64,000 bases of DNA from NCBI GenBank assembly GCA_964658305.1, contig OZ210885.1:3100001-3164000 (forward strand), in the 5' to 3' direction. The position numbers were made by a program, and so were the translations under genes. This document shows positions 27,532 through 39,824 of the stretch, in pieces (the stretch's first letter is position 1; the number at the start of each line of letters is the position of its first letter). The notes under the pieces were generated by a model. It was not told the origin of the DNA. It ran no database searches and was given only the letters and a program-made list of their open reading frames with translations. The DNA comes from Leptogorgia sarmentosa. Taxonomy: Eukaryota.

Positions 27532-29748
27532 AAACCTACTTAAACATGGCCATAAGGTAAATAATTTTAACATTAAGTAGAATATACCAAAATGATTTGA
27601 AAAAAAGCCTACTCCCATGTAATCGCCATGATTGTAAAACACACCTCAATCAATTTTATAATTTAGGGAACATAAAATTTCCGTCTCTAAAAATTGACAA
27701 GTTTTAGCAATCTATAAAGACTTCTTCCTAAAATACATAACAGCCCTAGACGTTTATTGCATCATTTACAGTAATTTTTTATAGAAAAGTAGATAAAGTT
27801 TTGCTGTTGTAGCTATATCCAGCCACATTGTGATGACAGATAGAATGGAATTCGTCCATGAATATTGTAGAAATGCCTCAACATAACCAAGAAAGAACAA
27901 ATTGTTTTCGTTGGACTATAATGAGGAAAAATACAAAACACTTTTGGTATTATTTATAAATGCAGTTAACGTTAATTACTTTTTACTACTGCATGCCTAA
28001 TTACCGGGTTGAATTTAACTAAAAGTTAATTGCTTTAATTACAATTAAAATTTGTCATATTTGCAACATTATAAAGTAAGAATTCCAAATATTTTTACCT
28101 GCATGGAGTATAGCGTGGTCCAAAATCACGATTTTTTTTATAACCACAAAAAGGTCAAAGTTATAAAGTTCGCTAATAAAGTTTCCGTCTCCTATTATCC
28201 GAGATTGTAGTCAGAACATAACAAAATTAAACTCTGTCTATAGTTCACGATTGCTTTAAGATTGCTTCGTGTTCCATTTTCTAATCCTTACTTTATTGTA
28301 GTTGTCTTTCAGAACGTGAAAGGAGGCATCGTGTTTATGTCTTGATATATGCATCTAAAATTCCAATATATAGGACATCGATCTCGCTTAGTTCAGCTTG
28401 TTGCATGATGCTGTTTGGTATCATGTAATCTCGTAACATGTAATTTAAATTTCTTAATTTTCTTATCTTGTTTGCACATTTTCATTATAAAGGTTGTAGA
28501 TATATACGTACACCCTGTATGATTGTAATAATTTAGAGATAACTTGTAGCTATGGCTACTACGCTAGCTTGTTAAAAATCTGGTTACTTGTAGGTTGAAT
28601 GACATAGCGATAAAACTGTCATTGTTTCAAGTTTCCTAGAAATTTAAATCTGTAGTCAAGTCCGTTTTGCGCATGCGCACGTTTCTCTTATCAATCTTAT
28701 ACGAAGTTTGCGAATTGGAAATTAGCAAATTATGCTTTACTGCACGTGTAGCGTATGCATGATTACATGCTTGAAATGTGATGCCATTCAGTAGTATAAT
28801 CAATCACAGATACACCGTGGACGTACAAAATGGACTTGACTATTGGTATAAATTAAGTTCTGCATGACATGCTCAGAATTGTTTGTTTAATTATTATAAG
28901 GGCAATAAGTAACTAGTTTGAAGGAACTTTTGTTCTAAAATTGCATGCATAATACGGGCCATACATACACTCGCACAAATAGACAAACACTGTAGTATTT
29001 AACATTGTATGCATGGGTTCATTTGTTAAATAAAAATTTGGGAAAATCATAGTTGTCTGAATATGTATTAAGAATTGTTTTACAATAATTGAACTGTACA
29101 ACCAAACGTGATGATATACAAATAATACATCTTTTTGCGAAGCATAAAGTCAGTAAATTCGAAATTTTATTTCTTATTTTAAGAATTGCAATTTCTCTTG
29201 TATTTCAACAAAAAATGTGAAATTTGTCGAAGACTTCAAGGTACTGTGCCGTTGCTAACTACAACAATAGAGTAATTCTTGCTGTACTAATGAGGAATTC
29301 ACTTATTTACAACACTAGCTAGCGATTCGGCTTCCCTTTCATATGCTTTAATCCGAAAGGGTGTAGTAAATTGACCCAACTACAGTAGAACCCCGCTAAC
29401 TCGAATTCGCTTAACTCGAACTCCCCGCTAACTCGAATTAACTAAATCCAATTTCCCCTGGATTTGACAGTGGCGTAAATCTTCAGCTATGGGCCCCCGG
29501 TTGAACTGGTGTGGGGTCCCCTTGATTATACCTCAGCCCTCTTAGCTTCACATTGCAGAATTCCACGGTACATTCTGGGAGAAAATATAAAAGCTATATT
29601 TAGTCTACTACATCAATTATACCTTTAAAAACACACTAAAAAAGTTCCGTGTTTTTAAATTGCGTGAAAACAGAAACAATGACAAGAATAAAAGTTCCAC
29701 CTATAATATACAACAATTAATTTTCTGTCAACATGCGAGCACAATCTA

Positions 29749-30636
29749 CACCTTTTCCAGGTCATTTTCAGACAATTCAAGATGAAATTCAAATATTTTT
29801 AGATAATATTCAGTTTAGACAAATGAATTTCAGAACTTTATAACTGATATTCAAATTTTCCAAATGAAATTCATATATTTCCAAATGATTGCAAATATGT
29901 CAGGTAAATTTCAGATTAGTCCAAAAGATATTCAGATTCTCCATAACAAAATCAGATATTTGCAATTGAAATTCAAACATTAACAAGTACACTTCAGGGA
30001 ATACCGAACAAAATTCAGACACGCTCAATCTGTCTATTCCTTTATAATTACAGGAATTAATACCTGTGTGCATATAAGCAAGAAAATACCGTAGGAAATT
30101 ACATGCAAATCCAACAACGATAGGTTTAAAAAGAGCTGTAGTTCTGGTTGGCAAGCAGACGATCATAAAACGTTGGACGTAAATCTCCTACTTGTAACCT
30201 CGCTTGTTCTTGTTACTCTACAGTACAATGCCTCGTGGTCTTTATAATCGAATATCGCCCACGGATAGAAGTAATATCATGCGATTTGTTAGATTGTAGC
30301 AAAAAAATTTTGTTTGTAATAATCATGTAAGAAAAATTTATGAATGAAGGTAATGCTAAAGTATTCTTGAATTCAAAATGAATGAGTCTGAAATCCATTA
30401 TGAATTGTGTGAAATTGTATTGCATTATCTGAAGTTTACTTGAACATTTCTCAAATTCACTTGCACTTCTGCACCTTCATTTCCATAACCTGAAATTCAT
30501 GTGAACACTTTTGAAATGAATGTGTCAATGACTGAAATAGACTTGCATTAACTGAACCTCACTTGCAAATGTCTAAAATTGACCTGCGTTTCCTGAAATT
30601 CGTTTAGAGATCACTGAAAATGACCTGGAAAAGGTG
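29749..30636. mobile_element. Non-autonomous TIR DNA transposon, TA-flanked, at the unit A/B junction
   Basis: TA|CACCTTTTCCAGGTCATTTTCAG ... CTGAAAATGACCTGGAAAAGGTG|TA, with degenerate subterminal repeats and no transposase ORF. Confidence 0.8.
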
Positions 30637-30640
30637 TAGA

Positions 30641-33600
30641 TGTGGAAAACCTCTTAGACGGAAGGAGGGCGTTGTGTGGTTTCTGTATGTTTCCAGTACA
30701 TTAATAAGTTGAGCGTAGCGTCAACGATCTTGAAGTTAGTGTGACTCCCAGGTTTTAGCCTAAATTCACCAAAATTATAATATTTCAACCGAAAATCTAG
30801 CTTTCCACGTCAGTTGTTGCTATGGTGAAAAATATTTATACAGTGAAGCACGTTTAGTTGTGAGCATCATGCATCATACGTAGCTACATCTGCGTGCTAC
30901 ATTTGAGATTTAGACATGTAGTTAGTACAACCGATCAGCCGCTGATAGTTCGGCTGTTGCGAGGTTTACTTTGTAAAGGTTGTAAGAAAAGCTATTTTTT
31001 ATAACTTATAGGCGCTGTTTACATGCATGTGCCCGATTTGATGGGACGATACGTTATAGCCTGGATGATATAGCCGAGCTTAAAGTTAAGAAGCGAAATT
31101 CGACGGCAAAACGCACTTACGCGTGAAGTTTGTGATCACGAACTTTCAATTCATGAACGAACGCTCAATTCATCACAAATGCTCAAAAACAACTTTTACC
31201 AAGGGTAATGACAAATGAAAGAACGTATTATGCAGAAAAATATTCATTTCTTAAATTGTTTCTGTGTTAAATCAGGTTTTTATGCCAGACCGGCTACCCG
31301 CTGATGACTTTGCATGCATGAAAAAATTTCATCCTGGTTGCTTGGTTGACAGGGCGACCCGTTTGAGTGAAGTGAGATCCCACCTAAGCGGGCTAGCCCG
31401 GTTTGCATGTGAAGTTGAATTGTTTTTAATAAGAACTTAATTTGAAAGTCCATTACTTGAATTCCAAAGTGCAAAGAGCAATAAGTAACTAAGATCTTAG
31501 ATGGGATCTAATAAGCTGGGCGCCTCGTTACAAAGGGCCAGCCCCACATACCGCGCTCATGTAAACAGCACCTAAATCAGTCAAAAACGACTTTAGTCAT
31601 CAGGCTAAACTAAAATCAAACTGGTTTATAATTACATGCATACATTTTGTTTTAATGTCTGCATGTGTTTAAACATGCATAAGTTTAGGTATTTTATTTT
31701 AAGGATTGTTTTGTTCTCGTTTATATCGTTGCTATATACATATATATATTATAAGTTTCTGACTGGCAATTTTTTTATCTAAATTCATGAATTGATTAAT
31801 TTCATGACTTTTTAACAACTTTCCAGCTCAATGAGCTTGTTGCTATGTTAGAAAATATTTGCGAAGGGATGCACGTTTCGTTGCGAGCACTTTTGCCGCA
31901 CCTGCCGCATTTAAAATTCAGGGTCCCTGTTGGGAGCTTAATCGTATTGTAAAAGGCTGTAAATAGAGGAATTAAAGACGGTTAAAAATTACTTTTCCTT
32001 TCGAGTAATTATCAGTTTCACGGCCAGTAGGCAATCATCAACAAAACGAAACTAATTAGCCAACACTTGTTTATAAACCACAAGCATACATTTTGTTTTC
32101 GTGTCTGATCTCAAAGATAAATTTTAGGTTTAAAAGTTTCTGTTCCAGCGTTTATTGAGAATTCCTCGGTCAGAAATAAGGCGCAATGTTCCGATCCTGT
32201 CTTGTATATATTTCACTATAAACACCTCAAATAGAATGATAAACGTTTCATATTTTTAATTACTCCTTGTGTTTAGATGTAATGCGGTGAAAGATGCATG
32301 TTTGTCATATTTCATCATCTGATAGCATCTGTGTGTTGAAACTCGTCTCCAATTTCTCTTCAGTCAATCAAGGTGTATATACTACTTCCCTTCTCGTTCA
32401 TTTTTTATATTCAAAATTCCACAAATTATAATCCCTTATTAATCTTTAATCCTTTAATCTGCAAGTTCGAATTAGTAAAAACTGACCGACCATGCAATAA
32501 TATGACTATCATGAAGAGTCTGTCCTATTTTCTGACAAACATCGGCCTTGTAAATGCCTTTAGCAAGGCATCTGTCTTTAAAACAAAATTTTCATATGTT
32601 GAAAAATATTTGCAAAGAGAAACATTTGTCACTACTAAAATTATTAATGATATAGCCTATAGCTGCACCTGCTGGTCCTGCTACAATAAATATTCAAACG
32701 CGTTCTAAAAAAAACAACTGTTTTTTTTAAATGGGTTTAATTCCAACAGATTAGGAAATAAAATTGAGTGGACAAATTCCTGAAAAGAATTAAATTGATA
32801 ATGAGGAGTCCTCTGTCCAGTGTGCTAAAGAATCTAATGTAAATTCCGCGAACTTTGTTTAGGTCAAATGTTTCTCTTTGGCTGACGAACATCAGCTCAC
32901 GAGAATGAAAGACTTCCAGGGAGAATGAAGCAATAATCGAACGGGTATTCAGTCCAGTTGTGTTTAGGTAATTTGTTGGAATTTACATGTCTTTTAATGT
33001 TTGATGGTTGCTTGTGTACAATATGTGTTTTGGCGGGTTATCTGTTAATGTTCATTGTGTTAATTGTTGCTTGAAGTCGGAGGGAGGGGGCGGAGGTTGT
33101 CTGATCTCTTCTAAGATCGGTTGTCTGATCTTCTCGTTGTCTACGCTAAGGTAGTCGGTACGATGTTTGAGTTGATTAATTTTTTATATAGATCCTAGAT
33201 TCATAACTTTCTGGATTTTTAACAAACTTCCGGCTGAAAAAGACAACGAGCTTGTTGCTATGTTGGAAAATATTTGTAGAGGGAAGCACGTTTCGTCGCG
33301 AGCACTCGCTGCACCTGCATCTTTTCAGACAGTTGACAAATGGACCGATTGCATAATAGACAAAATTTTGAAAAATTTCAAATGATAAAATTTATCATAA
33401 CAGCACCTAAAGTTAGTAAGAATGCAAAGTTTCGTTGCAAAATGTTTGAAAATGTGAGAAATATACCACTGTGTATATTTTAGTAGCTATTACGTGCGCA
33501 AATTGATACCCTTGTCTCGATAGCTTCATTCAGCCACAGCCAGTCGGTAAAACCGATCAGTCCCTGTATGGGAGGTTCACTTTGCAAAAAGTTGCAAAAG

Positions 33601-36600
33601 AAAAAAAAAGGGATGGTTAAGAAATACTTGCATGTGCTAACTCCGAGTTTCAGTGTCAGTAGACAATCATCAACTAAACTTAAAAAAATTACGTTGGCAT
33701 ATAATATAGGCTACATGCAACCTTCTGTTTAAGTTTTCTGTTGTAAAGATTGTTTTTGTTTCCATTTATAAGGAGAGACTGGAGAGTTTCTCGATCAGGC
33801 ATAACTAAGGCACATTGTTTTGATCTTGTCCTGGGTGCAAGCCTTATTTTTACAATGGAAAAATAAACATCTGATCGACAGTAATTCCAACGAAAAAACG
33901 AAATTGCAGCCAAGATCCTTTCAAAAGTAGTAAAATTTCAAAATGTGGTTAAAACTTAAAATAATTATGTTGCATTTGGGGAAAGCACAGCCTTACAAAG
34001 TGGAAGATATAGCCTTGCAAATTCTCTCATTATTTTATTGCAAGCGGAAATTCCCACAACAATGTGGTTGCAAAAATTGTTTCAAAAAATCTCATTTTTA
34101 TTGTTTAGATCAAAACTTTTTCTACTAAGGAAAGTGTCCATTAATCGTTGCCGTAACAATGCATTGTATTTCATTGATAGTGTGTATTGAACTTGTTTAT
34201 AATTTGCATATGTCCAGTCATGCTTATGCACTATTTCGCTTAACTAAATCACGGTCAAATTTTATATCCAGAATAAGGATCGAAATATCATTCCTTATCC
34301 CTTATCCAGTTCAATCAGTAAGGCCGAGCACGCAATAATCATCACTGTATTATATCTTTTCTGGCAAACACCAGCCTTGTAGATTCTTTTAGCGAGGTAA
34401 AAATTGAATGCTGCGCAAACATTTCTCATGTTGAAAATATTTACACACAAAAACACATTTTTCACACAATTTCCGGTTTATTTATATAACTGTGGGTAAA
34501 TTTCAGTACTTTTCATAATACCATTTTTAACGTCGTTCAATTCCATTCTTAGCTTCATTCCCAAGCAAGTGGGGGAAAGTGAGACAAATAAATTGTATAA
34601 GAAATACAGACAGTGGATGTTGTTGATCGAAACAGACAGCTGCATGACCGGACGAAGACTTTTCCAAACTTTTCTAAATCAAGCACTTTACATAAATCAA
34701 ACCCGCAGTCAATCTGCCAATCTACTGGCAAGTCTGGCATGACAGATTGAAGAGGTCACGATTTCATGCCGTGTCCAAGAGTATAAAAATAGTCCGGCCA
34801 GCATCCTACAATCTCATTCAGAAGAGAAATGTTTTGGGGAATCAATATCTTTTGACTTCATCGGATGTTGTTATAAAAATGTATTTTCTTCCATTATTTC
34901 TGGTGATGTTTCCAATGTCTGCTGCAGTGAAACCTGTTTCCAAAGACGGAAAGCCGTGCACGTTGAGACACTTCAAGAAGGCCAGCTCGGGTAAGTATTT
35001 TTCATATTTTTTATAGTTTCTTGTGCGCTCCACTAAGGACCAAGTTTGGCTGGCACATTATAGTAGGTTTTGGCAGGGTTCAGTAAAGCCAGTGCGCATT
35101 TAGGATGCCATAGTTGCTTGAACTCGCTTGCATGACAAAGACAAACTTTAAGATGTAGTTACTAGTTAGAACGCCTCACAATTACCTGTCCTGGTAGTAT
35201 CATCATAACGAATATTTTATGTTTATAATAGTATGGAAAACTTGAAAAAATATTGAAAAAATTGGAAAAATGTTAAAGTTATGTTAAGCAAAACTGATGG
35301 GTCAATAATTTTGTGGAGAACTAATCTTAGACCAAAATGTTGAAAACGTATGCATGCTGACCCTGTAAATATAAACTAGCTATATATTTATAAAATTTAT
35401 TTTACTCGATAGCTCTAAAAGTTCAAACGCGTTTGCTTTAGAGATCCACGTAATATGCCACGTAGGCTATCACATGAGTGATCAATTTCAACACATGTTG
35501 TGTTTTTTGACAGGAAACCAAGCACTTCGCCCATCAAACTTGATCTCAAGTCACAACGTTCATCTTTTGGCAGAATGTCATCTTCATTGTGTAAATGCAA
35601 GCAATTGCTACGGTTATAACTTCAGAGTCAGACCTAGCAGTATTTATACAGTCAACTGCCAGTTGAGTAACAGCTCCGTGAAAATGAACATGACAAAGAT
35701 GAGGAATGGAGCTTGGAATTTCTACGAGGATGTTTTGGTAAGAATAATATAACCAGCAAATGATCCTATATTCCACGAAAATTCGGCCTTCATTGAACTC
35801 ATCGCTGAACAATTCTCTTACCGTAAATTTTGTCACCCCATAGGTCACTAACGGTAAGCGAAAATTATGAATTAATGCAGAGTCGTTCAATACAGGTAAA
35901 CGCATAAATAAATACATGCATAAATAAACTTTCTACGTACCTATTGAAAGATGAGACAACATTCAACTTTTCAAGCAAAGGATCTTCTTGGGAGGATAGT
36001 TGTCAATGCTAAGTTGAATTTTGTTGTATCGTTTACATAGTTGACGGAAAACTGATGTACTATAATGCCAGGGCCGGATTAACATCGCGCGGGGCCTGTG
36101 GCAGATGTTCAGCGCGGGGCCCCTCACACATAATTGTTGAATTATATTAGTCGGGGCATATCACACATTACTGCAATTTCAGGGGCGTAGAGGTAGCAAT
36201 CTACGGGCAGGGCGCTTCAGATAAAATTCGGGCCCATGAGAAAGTAAAGTTGGCGACTGTGAAGTGTGAAGTTTCCAGACAAACTTGCTGCCGGTGTAAC
36301 GTTTTGGAATTAGACCACGCAATCATTTGCAGTATCTGTGGCATTGTGATAATTATAATTATTGCCATCGTGTAGATAACGGATAGGAACATCAACAACT
36401 AACAAAATTAAGTTCTAGTCTGTACTTTAGTGATATAAACAGATTTGACGTTCGAGCAAAGGTCCACTGTCGGAAGTAGTTACAGTCTTAAGGGGGGGGG
36501 GGGGGGGGTAAAGACTAAAGGCGGGGGGGGGGGGTGTTCAAGGTAAAGAATTTAATTACGTGCACGTTATCCACAATAGTTTTGCCAATGAGCCTTCAAT

Positions 36601-39600
36601 AAGTATAAGTAACATCATAAGTAACATCAATGGTCACAAACGTTTATTTATCTTCTATCTTCTAGTATTTTTTACTGATACTTCATTCATTCAAAGGCTG
36701 AATACTGAAGGCCCTGTTTAACAATTTAACTTCGCACATTTTGTTTCACTTCGTCATTTGCTGCCAGAAATTTGTGAAACAGAGAAAAATCAATTTGGAC
36801 GCTACTATTATTTTTTAATTTTTCAGACATAGACGAATGTTCTGAAGGGAGCCATGGCTGTCGCGCCGACGCAACCTGTGTCAACACTCCAGGATCATAC
36901 AACTGCACGTGTCCCAGTGGGGCATATATTGCCAGAAACAAATATTGCCAGAATCTCAAAGGTGATTTATTGTTTAGATCAGAGTGTGGAGATGTGTTTC
37001 CATGTCTGGAAGGAACGTTAAATTCCTTTATCGTTAAATCATAGTTTTATAATAATAATGACAATAATATATTAAATTTATATTCCCTCAGTCGTGTCAG
37101 AGATATTGAAAAATGAACCAAACGAATTCGAGAATAAGTTGAGAGAATGGTTGCCAAGAACAGGAAATTGGAGAGTTTGTTGGCGAGCAACGCTAGATGG
37201 ATGGGCAGCGAGTACATTCCATTCAAATTGTGATGGAAAATTACCGACCTTAACTATTGTTCAAGTCATCAAAAACAGGAAAAAGTTTGTTTTCGGCGGT
37301 TATGCTACAGTATCATGGAAGCAGCGTATCTACCACAGCACCTGTAAGTTTTAAATGACTACAGTTATGTGTATGAGTCATTATTTTAATCATGTATCAG
37401 GTTCTTCTCTTCCCTCCATCTTAACTGACTCTTACTTTTATTAATTGGATTTGTTACCTGCATGGTCCGGCAATGACTATACAATTATTGTGATACAAAC
37501 ATTTGTTGATCAAATTGGACAAAAACACGATAAAAATCTGCAAAAAAGTTTGACTCAGGCTTCAAGGTGGAAAATCTGAATGCGTAATCATGCGTTTTGA
37601 CATTTTGTTTAAATCCTGGCGGTATATACATAAATAATAGTGCCATGTAGAATAAAATAAATTGCCAGACTGCCAGTATATATACCATGATACCGATCTG
37701 TCTTTTGAACAACCAGACTTTTAACTTTGGTTTACAGGGACTTTTCACAATTTCAATTTTATGCCTGAATGAGATAGCAGGGAGATTAGTTAAAATCTGG
37801 CCTCGTATAAAAGGAGTTGCCATCTGAAATGGGATTCGAGTAATTAAATACGCGTATAATTAGTAGGTGGTTTTCCACCAATGTGTTCATGTTTAGCCTA
37901 CGTGACACAATGTTAATTTAACTCTTTATACTGGACCGGTGTTCATTTAACAATTTATACACCAAATTTACTCATTATGGAGAGAAAATTAAATCTTCAT
38001 TCAGGAGTTAAGGATGTTTTATTTCTCCCATTCACACTGGCACCGCCCGCTCGAAATTTTCGGGATTGCTTTGAAAGTGATGATCTTTATCACGACTGAA
38101 ACACCCGATTACTAAGAGACAGAGCTGTATATCATATCTGACCCAGGATTATTGTGTTTATTTTGACAGATGGTTATTGGTCATCTGCTCCAGGATCATT
38201 TTTGTTTTCTCTGCGCAATAACGATGACCTTCCACCTTTCAAGGCTCCGCTGAAAGACGAGAATTACGGGAGGGCAATTCACTGTTGGAATGGATATGGA
38301 CCAACATTTGGTTGGGGTCACGACTTGCGCATTTTCAACAATGCGAAATCAAACACCGTCTCCTACACGAATTTTGGTTACACCTACCAGGTTCCATCTG
38401 GATACACTTACGGCCAAGCCAACACACACTCCCTCCTGGCAGGAAGCTATTACTTCACTCCATCAGAAGTCGAAGTCTTGTATCTAAATTAAAAACCTGC
38501 TTCAACAATGCCATAAGGTAAATGATTTTAACATAAAGCAGAATATACCGAAAATGATTTGAAATAAGCCTACTCCCATGTAAACTCCATGATTGTAAAA
38601 CACACTTCAATCAATTTTATGATTTAGGGAACATTATATGTTTAGGGAACATAAAATTTCCGTGCCTAAAAATCGACAAGTTTTAGCAATCTATAAAGAC
38701 TTCTTCCTAAAATACATAACAGCCCTAGACGTTTATTGCATCATTTGCAGTAATTTTTTATAGAATAGTAGATAAAGTTTTGCTGTTGTAGCTATGTGCA
38801 GCCACATTATGATGATAGATAGAATGGAATTCGTCCATGAAATATTGTAGAAATGCCTCAACATAACCAAAGAAAGGCAATAATTAACTAGACAAACACT
38901 CATACACTCGCCCAAATAGACACTGTATTATTTAACATTGTATAATTATGGGTTAATTTGTTAAATAAAAATTTGGGAAAATCATAGTTGTTTAAATATG
39001 TATATCAAGAATTGTTTTACAATAATTGAACTGTACAACCAAACATGATCTACAAAAAAGTCCGTAAACTCGAAACCGAGGCTGAATCGCAAATGGACAA
39101 AAAGGACATCGTGCTGTAAGATGACATGTTTTTGAGGTATGTTTGATTTTTTAATTGCATTTAATTTTTTTATTTTTGTGCATGGAATTAGAATTCAATA
39201 CGACTTTTTTTAAGCCCCAGGTTTGAATAGTGCTTTTTTATATCATTTGTATCGTGAACATTTTTTTAAAATATCAAGCGGGGTTCCATTTATTAATTAA
39301 ATAATTATTGCTCAATTTGAATGAATCCGAAAACCCACCAAAGATGCAATTAATTTAAGAACTTTTTTACGGCATTTCTTTGAAAAATGTAACAGAATGT
39401 CGATCGTTTCTGCTCGAATAGACTAGCATGCATACATCGTTTTATCTATGTTTAGGTTTTGAAAACGAACCTCGGAAAAATTGTATTCTTGTCGGTATTT
39501 ATTTCCTTGGTTTGGAACAACCCGAAAAAATTTGAACAAACTGAAATTAAGTCATAATGCGTCAGAATTCTAGGACTAGAAGACTAGCTTTTTCAGTCGA

Positions 39601-39824
39601 AACATATTCTTTAGCCCCGATCGGAAATGCTTTTTTTCATTATTCTCTTTATTAGATACGGGCAGGGGTGGGGGGGGGGGGGTCATATATTTGGCAAGTT
39701 TAAGAATTTGTTTTATATTTTCGACTCAAGAAACGTCGAAGGCGAGGCATAATTCACTGCGAGACAACATTTTGGTTCATTGCGATACTTCAAGAGAAAC
39801 AGTGCCGCATTCAGGGGCCCTACA
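30641..39824 (+). repeat. Segmental duplication unit B (contains copy 2)
   Basis: Begins with AAAACCTCTTAGACGG, matching ~17197. Ends at CATTCAGGGGCCCTACA, which is shared with 51152-51168. Confidence 0.85.
34879..38492 (+). CDS. Secreted PAN/Apple - 1x EGF-Ca - TLDc protein, array copy 2 (~351 aa)
   Basis: Exons 34879-34990, 35514-35737, 35844-35853, 36827-36961, 37092-37343, 38170-38492; 1056 nt, open frame. Paralog of copy 1 lacking the first two EGF exons. Confidence 0.88.

Larger units (their letters stand above)
14074..29110 (+). repeat. Segmental duplication unit A (contains copy 1)
   Basis: Long colinear near-identity with 39853-51168 (e.g. the 19773 and 43977 ORFs and the 14257 and 40028 ORFs are near-identical pairs) and with 30641-39824. 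Boundaries are approximate. Confidence 0.85.
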
